From the human T2T-CHM13v2.0 reference genome, Homo sapiens, in NCBI RefSeq assembly GCF_009914755.1, contig NC_060942.1: DNA of 64,000 bases. One strand, 5' to 3'. A program made the position numbers and the translations under genes. Numbering within the stretch: position 1 is the stretch's first letter; each line of letters starts with the position of its first letter. The notes below the pieces were generated by a model. The model saw nothing but the letters and a program-made list of their open reading frames with translations. It was not told where the DNA came from and ran no database searches. Shown piece by piece: positions 44,990 through 55,508 of this stretch.

Positions 44990-47000
44990 GACTTTTCTAT
45001 GCCTAGAAAAGCAGCGCCTCAACCATTCCAACGGGACGCACCGCGTTCAGTGACGACCCTCATCGGTGCCCACAGCTCTGGGCTCGCTGAAGGCACCACA
45101 GAAGCACCAGTTATTACCAGTGTTAGGGTCCAGTGGCTTCTTCTGTCCCTTTCCTCTGGATCCCAAAGTGTTGGTTCTCTTTTGTTAGTTTTATTCCGGT
45201 CATGCCAATGAGCACAGATTCACAGCCCAGGCGGCCCGCTCGAAATCCCAGGCCGGCTGGGGACCGGTGCACTTGGGCTCCGCGCCCCCTCGACCCTCGG
45301 CCCAGTGCCCCTTCCCGCGCGCGCGGGTCTCCCCGGTTCCAGAGCCCACCGGTCCCCGCCGGCTCCTTCTCCCCACCCACCCTCCCACCGGGCCCCCGGC
45401 GGCTGCAGCCGCGCGGGGCTGGCGGGGCGGCGACCGGGCTCAGGCAGATCCCCGCTTCCCGCCTTCTCGGCGCCCCCTCCCTCCCGGACGGAGCCCGAGG
45501 ATCCCCCACCCACGGCGGGCGTGAGGAAGGGCTTCTGAGTGACTGGAGCTCTACCGCGTGTGCCCCGGGAAGGCCAGGCTACCCGGGACGGGGCTCGGCT
45601 CCCCAGGTGAGCTCGTCTCCGCGGGACTGGGTCCGGGAAGGCCCCAGGACCGCGCGGCTGAGCGGCCTGGAGGCTGCGGGAGGGCAGAGCAGGGCGCGCG
45701 GGAGACTGCCGCCCCCGGGCGCCCAGGGCCCGGCTCCCCAGCGCCACCGCCGCAGCAGGTGGGGGCCCAGTGGGCGGGGGCGGGGCCCGGCTCTGGGCGG
45801 AGCCGAGGCGGCGGCGGCGCAGGCTGGGGCCGGGGCCGGGGCGGGAGCCGGAGCCCGAGCTGGAGCAGCGAGCCGGGCTGTCGGGGCGACCGCGGGAGCT
45901 CGCCGTGCGCCGTGGCTGGGACCGGCCTGGCCGAGCGCGCCGGCGCCGCGGCCGCAGACAAAGGGCGGCTCGCGCCCGGGCCGCCACGCTCTCGGGCTCT
46001 GCCTCGGTAAGTGGCTCCCCTCCGCTGGCTTTCTCCTCCCGCCGCCTGCGCCTCTCGGAGTTCGGCGGGCTCCGGAGAAGCGGGGAAGAGATGAGACTTC
46101 CCCGCCCGCACTGCCTCCCCACCTTACCCTAACAATAAGCCCCCCAGGCCAAGCCACTGCCAAACTAGCGAGTTTCCGAGCGGCGGGGGTCTCCCGCGGG
46201 ACCCGCCCGGCTGCCCTGGGTGAGCTCCTCGCCTGCAGACCGCGCGCCGGTGCTGTCCTGGACCCGTTTGGGATGGGAGGTTGCCGCTGGGCTCCTCGCG
46301 TTGTGTTTAGGGGAGGAGGACGCAGGGGCCGGGCGTCGCTAGGGGACCCCACCCCCGGGGACAGTCCGGAGCGCTTGGGGTCGCCGAGGGGCAGTTCACA
46401 CTGCGAGTTCAGATTCGGATCGCAGTCCCGATTATTCTCCCCTCCAGCCTCTCCCTTTCTCGTTGAAGGGTTAATACAGCGTCCTCTCCCCTCGCCACCC
46501 GACAGAGGCGCCTACACTGGCGGTAGGTAGCCCCTGGGAGAGGGGGAGTGGGGGGACCCCGCCGCTTTCGCCGCTGGGCGACCCAGAGCCCCAGCCTGCC
46601 GGAGAGGGCAGCGGCTCGGGTTTGACATCCCAGCTGGGTCCCGGGCCGGCTCCCTGAGCCTCCTCCCGGGTTGCTCTCTATCAGGAAAGCAATCGGAAGT
46701 CAGGCCGGCTTTTGCTTTTGTTCTGCCAGCTACTCTACGGAATCGTAGGTGAAGCCGGGGTGGGCGGATGCCCCGGGAGGGGGCTGTGGCGGGAGTTCCA
46801 GGTGCGTCCCCGAAATGACCATTGGAGGCGGCGGCTGTTTCCCGCCCCTGGGTGGGGAATGGATTCCGATCGCTAATCGATACCCTGGAGCCAGCAGTGG
46901 GTCAGCAGCGTCCCGACAGAGCGCAGCGGCCGCGTACTGTCACGCGCCTCTCCAGCACTCTCGAAAGCACTACCTCGAGACGTGCATTTCCATTCATGGA
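44990..47000. promoter_or_regulatory. CpG-island promoter
   Basis: Abrupt shift to very high GC and CpG density in an otherwise CpG-depleted window. Clustered GC boxes (GGGCGG at 45772, 45778, 45795, 45839). ETS-like CGGAAGT at 46694-46700. No TATA box seen. Confidence 0.95.
45790..46006 (+). other. Non-coding first exon (5'UTR); TSS approximate
   Basis: Lies just downstream of the GC-box cluster, contains no ATG, and ends at a near-consensus donor TCG|GTAAGT (intron starts 46007). Confidence 0.7.
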
Positions 47001-47070
47001 TCTGTGCCTGGGGGTTGATTAATGTCACCCCTGCCTGGGTTAAGGAGTGTCCACAACTGCTCAGTAGCCA

Positions 47071-47340
47071 TTTACTGGGAGGTTACTGTGTGCAAGGCAG
47101 CTATCTTAAATAACCTTAATGTAAAATATACTTATTGAGCACCTACTATGTGAAAAGCAGGTATACTACAGACTTTTCAATTGAATGGATATGTATTGAG
47201 CACCTACCCCGTGCGAAGGTGAAGCGTCATGACGTTCTCAATGCAACAGATATTTATTGAGTACCTACTATGTTCAAGATAGCTATGCTATGACCTTATT
47301 GTAATATGTATTTACTGAGCACCTACTAAATACTAAAGGC
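47071..47340 (-). repeat. Degenerate tandem array, 5 x ~60 bp, derived from the L2 3' terminus
   Basis: Core TTTATTGAGCACCTACTATGTG-like copies start at 47071, 47131, 47192, 47253 and 47311. Confidence 0.8.
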
Positions 47341-47733
47341 TTTTTTGCTGAAGGGTTGCCCAGTGTACTTTTGGGGTACGGATAGAAACAAGGGAGAGAA
47401 AATATAATATCTTCTGAACCTCGAGTCTTCAACTCCTTTAGTGACCTGCGTTTTAACCTTTCCAAACCGCTTGTGTGGTGTATGAAGGGCTAGTCTTCTA
47501 CACTTGAGGGTACACTTCTATGCTTGAGGGTTTGTCAGACAGGAGCAGGGCTGAATAGTAAAAAGGCTTGCTCTGGAACCTCTTTCCAATTCAGTTTCCT
47601 TGCATTAGAAAAGTCAGCTTCTTTGCATAAAGCAGCATGGAGTTATCACAGGGAATCAAAGGGCAATAAGGCAAAGCCCTAATGCTCAAAGGGACAGAGA
47701 ATCCATGCTGGAGACAGACAAAAAGACACCTCC

Positions 47734-48198
47734 CTTTTAATGCTACTGTCATACCGTGCTTAAACAGCTATTGTGGGAATACTCAGTGCTTTAAACTAAA
47801 TAACAAAGCAACCTTGGATCATCTGATCCAGAAGTTCTAGACAACTGACCTAACTCCTAGAATTCTGCTTTTGAGCAGTGAGGGATTAATTGTAATTTTT
47901 CTTCATGTCAGAAATTAATTGCATGTATTTTTCAATTACTAAAAAAAAGGAAACAAATAGAAATTAGTGATTTGTATTAATCCAGAACCTAATCTGCTTT
48001 AACTCAATTACTCCAGATGCGTGAATCTCCTGTTGGGTTGGTTGCAAGTTGACTCAAATTCGTTGTTTCACTTTTGCTGCAGGTTAAAAGTCTGCCTCTT
48101 ACAAACCCTGGCTATATCACCCTCTTGTTTCTAACTAAACAAGATTTTCTCAAATAAACTTCATTCTGCATTTTGGACAATAAAAAAAAAAAAAAAAA
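47734..48198 (+). pseudogene. Retroposed non-coding insert (5'-truncated retrocopy 3'UTR or orphan L1 transduction)
   Basis: AATAAA at 48153-48158 and A17 at 48182-48198. Perfect TSD AAAAAGACACCTCC at 47720-47733 and 48194-48207. The body is not a repeat I recognise. Confidence 0.7.
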
Positions 48199-50032
48199 GA
48201 CACCTCCTAAACAAGGAAGGAACCAATAGGGGAAGGGAGAGGGAAGCATGAAGACAGGGCCAGCCGAACCTTCCAGCCCCTCACTCCAAACTGATACCAG
48301 TGATGTTGGGGTGAGAGAGTCTAAGTCCCATCATTGCCCATGGCTGGGGCCCTAGGACTGGAATTAAATAGTTTTCCTGCTAAGAGATTTGATGAATCTG
48401 TTACTCTGATAATCTTAGGATCTTGAGATGCACTGGAATATCCAGATTGGCGAGAAAATCATATCCATTAGCAAATATTTGAGTATTTACAATGCAATAT
48501 AGGCATTTATCAGGGAAATGTAGTCTAAGACGTAGTCTTTGTCTTAAAGAACTCTGGTTCATGAGATAAACATGTAAAATGACAACTTGGGCAGCATATA
48601 TGAAAAGCCAGGAGCAAATTCCTCCTGGAATTTGACATAAAAAATATTCTCACCACATGGAACTGTGGTTTTTCTCTTATCAGACATTGAGAACTCTCTA
48701 CGTGCCTTGTATGTTTATCTTTTTGCCTTGGCCTCTAGAAATTCCTGGTAATGGCTTTATCCCAGCTTCTTGGTACAATGATTTTTTTCTCCCTAAATTA
48801 TTTCTGAGACCTCTCTTTTAAATTCTTTATAAAAAACTATATTACAGGATTTTTGTTGTGAACTTGAAAGCCTCTCTGAAATCTTTTCTGTAAGTAAGCC
48901 CGTTATGAAAGATACATAGAAAATATGGTAAGTATTAGATGAATGTGCTCATAAGAAAAGGGGGAAAAACTATCCGGAATTTACAGAGAAAACAAACGGG
49001 CTTTGCAAGATGAAATAGGATTCAGATGGGCAAAGACAACTAACAAAGACTTTCCTCCCAAATTGAGGGAAATAGCGTTGGCAAAGGTGTCAAGGAAAAC
49101 AAACCGAATTTAGAGTACTTTAGGTATTTGATAGATCTTCCTCTGGAATAGTTTCCATTCACTCAACACACGAGTGCTGCTGGAACATTTTACTGTGTCA
49201 AGGACTAGGCTAGGTGTCAGGTGGGGGGCATCACCCAGAACCAATTGAGGTTCAGCATGATCCCACAGCTGTCAAGGACCTTTGTCTCCTGTCCTGGCTG
49301 TGGGGTAGCACTGCCCTGCATCTCAGCCATTCTTTCAAGCATTCCTGGAGTTTTTTCACCTGAGCTGAACTTGACTGTAATCTTCTTCAAGGCCAAGAAT
49401 GTGACTTTTTTTTCTCTCTGCATCCCTCCCTCCTTGCAGGTTCAGGCAGAAAGAGTCGGTAGGGTAGGTGACACTTATTTCAGTGACCTCTATTGCCCAT
49501 TTCGTCACTCCTTCCTGGCCTCATCAGGGCCTGCTATGCTCTCTTCCTCTCCATCATTTTCAGCTGTTGAGAGCCTTTCACTGTATGCAAACTGGTCTCA
49601 GGGGAAAACCAATCTGTCATCGGTCACTTTCTCTTAAATATGAATGTAGGTCACTGTGTTCTCTCTTCCAGGGGTCTTTGCACTTTAAGCCTCATTATGG
49701 AATGAAAGGCTGTGTTCACCATGAGACAATGTCAGGCACAGACAAGTGGGTGTTGGAGGTAATTGGGGAGGCAAAGTGACTTTCTTGGTGCTCCTGAAAC
49801 CACCACCCCCTCACATAGCCAGTCTTGGCAAGGGTCCTTGCAGTCCCATGATTCTTGAAAGTCTGGAGGCTTCATTGCTGTTTATCATGGTGCAGTGGTT
49901 GAAGTCAGGTAGTGGCTCTCTGTGAGCCACCTGTCAGCTTGGCCCTCATACATTCCACTCCAAAGTTTAAAGCTTTATCGTTTGCAGGGAGAATCCTTGC
50001 TTCCTTACCTATATGTGCCCATTATTTTAAGG

Positions 50033-50261
50033 CAGCTATTCTCAACCTGGGCACTATTGATGTTATGGGCCAGATAATTTTTTGTTATGGGGAACTGTCC
50101 TGTGCATTACAGGGTGCTTAACAGCATCCCTGGCCTCTACCCCCTAGATGCCAGGAGCACTAAACACCAGCCTGCTCCCCAAGTTGTGACAACCCAAAAT
50201 GTCTCCAGCCATTGCCAAGTATCCCCTGGGAAACAAAATCACTGCTGCTTGACAACCACTG
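50033..50261. mobile_element. MER20 hAT-Charlie
   Basis: cagctattctcaacctgggcactattga..cagcatccctggcctctaccccctagatgccag..gacaaccactg. 8-bp TSD TTTTAAGG/TTCTAAGG. Confidence 0.92.
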
Positions 50262-50612
50262 TTCTAAGGGTTATTGGTTATTATGTATCATGCCATATAA
50301 GAGAGGCCTTATCTAATGTAATTCAATTCTTTTCAATAAAGAGGAACTATTACATGTGTAATTAACATGGCAGAACTTTTCATATAAGTAATTTCATAAA
50401 TTAGAATAAATATCCTTTTTTTCAGACCTGATATCCTAATCTGGTTATTATATTAAGTTCATCTTTTGAAGCATAAAGCCTCAAATTCTTCTTTTTCTAG
50501 TGTGGCTGATTTATATACCACAACTGTGGGTAGCAGAACCGCCATTACCCACAAGATCATCCCCGCCTGCTGCTTGGGCAGTGCCTGGTAACCACCAGTC
50601 GGGAAGGAAAAT

Positions 50613-50800
50613 GGCAGAGGAGGATTCAGTTCTGGTGGACTTGATGCTTATGTAATTTGATGGGCCCTCTTTAAGGAAACGACAAAACGATAAGGGGAGC
50701 ACATTGCTAGGACCCCTCCCAGGCCTTGGAAGGGTCCTGTGAGGACAAGTGATGGGCTCTGAATTTAAGTTTCATTAGCTTCTTGGGAAAGCAGTCTTTG
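50613..50800. mobile_element. MER53-like hAT element, followed by a 15-bp tandem duplication (50784-50821)
   Basis: gggccctctttaag..cacattgctaggacccctcccaggccttggaaggg..ttcattagcttc. Confidence 0.7.
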
Positions 50801-51349
50801 GGAAAGCAGTCTTTGGGAAAGGTTTTGAGGAATGACTGGACAGCTGTGTTTGCAAGAATAGGAAGCTAGTCCTACCTGTGACTGATAGGAGCTAAGAGAA
50901 TGTTCTCAAAGTATTGACTTAAATTGAGAGCACAGATCAAAATGGAATTGTTAAACCTAGGGTGACCTATACTTCTGTTAACATCTGCCCTCAAAAGTAA
51001 GAACTTCTGTATCGTCAGCAGCCCCAGGTCCACATGAGCAGCATCATAGGTGAAATGAGGGGCAGGGATCGTTCCGGTTTAGCAGGAGGCTCTGTGTTCC
51101 ACTAGTGGGTAGTAGTAACTTACTGCACCTTGTAAACGAGGTTGGTCAGTGCTGAAGTTACTGCCTCGGGAAATGAATGAAACTCTTTTTCAGGTCACTC
51201 TAATGGTATTTGAAGAGTTTATAACAGGAGTACGTTGATTCAAACTTTTCTTTTGGAATACCTGAGCCTGGGATGAGATGTCCTTGCATTAAAACAGGCC
51301 AGGCAGGAAACACTTGCCCCCTCATTTTGGGGAGCAAGTAATTTAAGTA

Positions 51350-51694
51350 CAGTTGTGTGCTACATAATGACATTTCAGTCAATGAAGGGCTGCATGTGGG
51401 ACTGTGAAACTGTAAGATTATAATACTGTATTTTTCCTGTACCTTTTCCATGTTTAGACATATTTAGGTGTACAGATACTGACCACTGTGATACAGTTGC
51501 CTACAGTGTTCAGTACAGTAAGCATGCTGTACAGAGTTGTAGTCTAGGAGCAATAGGCCATACCATATAGCCTAGGTATGTAGGCTATTCCATCTAGGTT
51601 TGTGTAAGTATGCTCTATGATGTTCCCATAACCAGGAAATTGACTAATGATGCATTTCTTAGATGGATCCCCATCATTAAGTGATGTATGACTG
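51350..51694. mobile_element. Tigger3a/MER7A-like DNA transposon
   Basis: TA|CAGTTGTGTG..ATGACTG|TA ends. Internal tagtctaggagcaataggccataccatatagcctagg. Confidence 0.88.
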
Positions 51695-52069
51695 TATGAC
51701 TTTAAGAACTTAAAATAATAAGGCTTTAAAAATGAAACTATAATTCAGACTTCTCATTAATTAATCTTTTTCCTTAGTTTAGATCACCTTAGCTTCAGTG
51801 AGGAAGACAGTGTTCTAATTGTTGCTTTAGTGTAGAAATGTTAAATATAAATGCCTGGCCCTGCACAAGACTGATCTGGCAATGTATCAATGTCTAGATT
51901 TAACAAAAATTAAAAATAAGAAATAAGAAACACTCTACATGAAGATTTGCTGTAGGAGGGATTTCTTTTAAAGCATTGCTAGTCTTTCATTTGTATTTAA
52001 ACAGGTCTGATTTGTATAAATTTTTCGAGTTGAGACCTGTTTGGAGATCTTAGGTCAAATGTGCACACA

Positions 52070-52250
52070 GTCACAGAAATTAGACCTGAAAGAGATTTTA
52101 GGGGTTTCTGGCCAGCCTTGCTTGCCCATTGAATAATTGGAGAAACTGAGGCTGAGAGTGGTTAGATGGCTTGCCAAGGTCACACAGAGATCAGCTGGGA
52201 GGCTGGCGCAAGGAGCCAGGAGCTCACCCCATCCCCTTGACACTCAGTGC
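52070..52250 (-). mobile_element. MIR fragment
   Basis: ggagaaactgaggctgagagtggttagatggcttgccaaggtcacacag. Confidence 0.7.
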
Positions 52251-52859
52251 TGCTGGGATACCGTTCTTCTGTCTTCCTGGTTGTAGAGTGTGTTGGTGTA
52301 GGGAGACCAGGCAGGAAAAGGGTTTGATAACTTGTCTCATTTCCAGGGCACCTGATCCTCAAAGAACTACTCATTAATTCAAACTGATTACATCTATGCC
52401 AAAGGTGTGTGTAAACACAGGCAGTACTGAAACTATCACAGAAAAATTGAGACGGTTCAATTGGTGGAATGAGACTATTTTATAAAAACTTCCTTTATTG
52501 CTTTTTTTGTATCATCTTTACAGTAAATAACTAGAATAAAAACATTTATTTGTCTATTTAAAAAAGTAATATATATTCATTATGGAAGGTGGCAAGAAGA
52601 ATAAACAAATCCTACCGGTGATCCTGTGATACTTTAATCCCATTCGTAGTTTGCTGTGTATTTTTAGTGTGTTTTTCAGCCCATTTTCAAGCTCATTTGA
52701 ACAATTGAGACCATATTGTACATATAATTTTAATTTTTCTTGCTTTTTTATTAGAATAAACAATGTATGTGTTATTGTAAACATAATTTTTGTGAACATA
52801 AATTCTTTGTGAACATAATTTTTTTTTGTCTTTCCACAATGTCAGAGTTTTATTGATGC

Positions 52860-53069
52860 TTTTTTTTTTTACTTTAAGTTCTGGGATACATGTGCAGAAC
52901 ATGCAGGTTTGTTACATAGGTATACACGTGCCATGGTGGTTTGCTGCACCCATCAACCTGTCATCTACATTAGGTATTTCTTCTAATGCTATCCCTCCCC
53001 TAACCCCCACTCCCTGACAGGCCCTGGTGTGTGATGTTCCCCTCCCTGTGTCCTTGTGTTCTCATTGTT
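52860..53069 (-). mobile_element. 5'-truncated L1PA (PA7/8-like) 3' end, inside an older L1ME fragment (~52550-53470)
   Basis: actttaagttctgggatacatgtgcagaacatgcaggtttgttacataggtatacacgtgccatggtggtttgctgcaccc. TSD GTGAACATAATTTTT. Confidence 0.93.
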
Positions 53070-53492
53070 GTGAACATAATTTTTCATGTCTGCATAATTC
53101 AATCCTTAGAAGCTCGTTAATTTACCACAACATTTTGCTATTAGTGAACATTAAGTTTGCTCCTAATTTCTCCCTGCTGTGTCATTGCATGAGCAACTTT
53201 GTGTCTGTGCTTTTTCTACAATTTGGATTGTTTTCTTGGTATACATTCCAAAGAGTGAAATTACTGAGCCAAGGATGTGTATGCATTGTGTTCAATGGCT
53301 TTACCAAAATGGTGTACCAGTTTACCTTATATTGATAGCATACTATAAATGATGAAATTTCACCACACCATTGATAACATACTTGTTTTGTAATTACTTA
53401 TGTGACAAAGTAAAGGTGTCTTTATTGCTTTCATTTACATTTTGCTTACCAACACAGCTAAACATTTTTCTATAGAATTTTTTATAGGACTT

Positions 53493-53554
53493 TGTGTGTG
53501 TGTGTGTGTGTGGGTGGGTGGGTGTGGTGTTTGTTGTTGTTGTTGTTGTTGTTT
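53493..53554. repeat. (TG)n-(GGGT)n-(TTG)n compound microsatellite
   Basis: Directly visible. Confidence 0.93.
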
Positions 53555-53676
53555 TGGTGAATTATCTATTTGAGTGTAGTGTTTTTTTAAAAAAAAAAAA
53601 TGACCTGTCATTTGTCAAAAGGAAAAACAATAACCTCTGATCTCATAGGTATAGTGGCCATTTTATAAAGAATTCC

Positions 53677-54119
<443 letters not shown>

Positions 54120-54940
54120 TTATCCTCTTAGTGGAAGCCAAATTACATCGAGCATTTGCTAAGTGCTTCTCAGGCCTTAATTCTTATTCTTACAACAGTC
54201 TCTGAAGTGGGTACTGTCACGTCTCTCCATTTATACATGAGGAGAGTGTTGCCTAGAAAAGTAAAATAACGTAACCACAGTCACATACACTTTTAATAAC
54301 TGCTAACTACCTCTGGATCTTTGCTAACATGGCCTGCCTCAGTTATGTACTTGGTCTTGGAGGGAGTTAGGGTTAGGAATATTAGAAACTTCATCTGAAC
54401 TCTACTGCCTATTTCTGGGAGACTTTGTGGTGCAAGTTAATTTTACTATCTTAAATTTCCTCACTCTATCTTCTGTATCTCTTACCCTCCCCTGTGTTTG
54501 CCATCCTTTTCTTTTAATCTCTCCAAGATACATTCTGAATAGTTTCTTCTGACCTGTCTTCCAAGTCACAGTGTATCTCTTCAGCTGTATCTAATCTGTG
54601 GTTAAATCCATCATTTATTGCATTCTCAATCTTGATTACTGAATTTCCAGTCTAGAATTCTAGTTATTTTTCAAATCTGCAATGTTACTTTTTATGGGTC
54701 TTGGTTCTTTATTGTAATTTTTATGTTGAGCTTTTAGCTGCATGAACATAGTAAGCATAATTGTTTTACATTCTGTATCTGGTAATTTTTCTATCTGGAA
54801 TTCCTAAGCATCTTTTTGTCCTGTCTTTTGTTTGTTCTGGTTCTCATGCTGGTTCATATTTATGTTGTCATGTCTCCTTGTGTGCCTCATTATCTTTAAA
54901 TGTGTGCTGGATATTGTTTTGAAAAAATATATGTAAGAAT

Positions 54941-55118
54941 ACCATGTGTCATTCATTTTAAGATGTACAGTGTTTTTATATTTTAGTCTCTGAAATCAGT
55001 ATGTGTTTTATGTCATGAATTTTTACACTTCTAGTTGACAGCATTTTTTCTTTTTCACTGGTACATAAAATCATAGTGCTTCATATAATTAGTGATATTT
55101 AAAACTTCAGGACATTTG
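54941..55118. mobile_element. MER104-like Tc1/mariner MITE
   Basis: ttttaagatgtaca..tctctgaaatcagtatg..ttttcactggtacataaaatcatagtgc. Confidence 0.6.
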
Positions 55119-55309
55119 ATAATTTGAGACTTTGGATAATCATAATAAAGATGACAAGAGTTCAAAAGAGAATTTTAATTAACTTCTTAAGGTTTTCTGG
55201 GGTATCAGCAATAGTGGGTCAATTTTGGGGCTTCAGATTTTCTAGATCACCCAGATGACATGAAGCCAGACTAGTTTACTTTTTGTTCTGTCTTACTTCT
55301 AGGGTCTAT

Positions 55310-55508
55310 CAGAGGGTGTCCAAGGGAGACAATACAGTCGTGGGTTCTTAGTTTCCATTTCTGGTTGGGCCAGTAAAGCCCCTTCCTCATCCTTGTTTTC
55401 CGCTTATCACTAAAGATAGAAACTAAAAACCATGGCTTCAGGCTGCTAAAAGCCTAAAACAAAACAGAACAACAATAACAACAAAATAAGGTGGGTTAGA
55501 CAAGCTTG
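55310..55508. mobile_element. MER30-related hAT MITE (MER30B/MER107-like)
   Basis: MER30-type ends cagagggtgtccaag ... ttagacaagcttg. Confidence 0.75.

Noticed and set aside
45133-46530. 465-aa ORF and overlapping 150-300 aa ORFs on both strands
   Set aside because: They lie in the CpG island, where stop codons are rare. They are low-complexity Ala/Gly/Pro/Arg, the longest has a non-ATG start and reads through the splice donor, and none has a recognisable domain.
47071-47340. CRISPR-like appearance (short repeat with regular spacers)
   Set aside because: The context is eukaryotic with no cas genes, the repeats are degenerate, the spacers are mutually similar, and the core is the L2 3' end.
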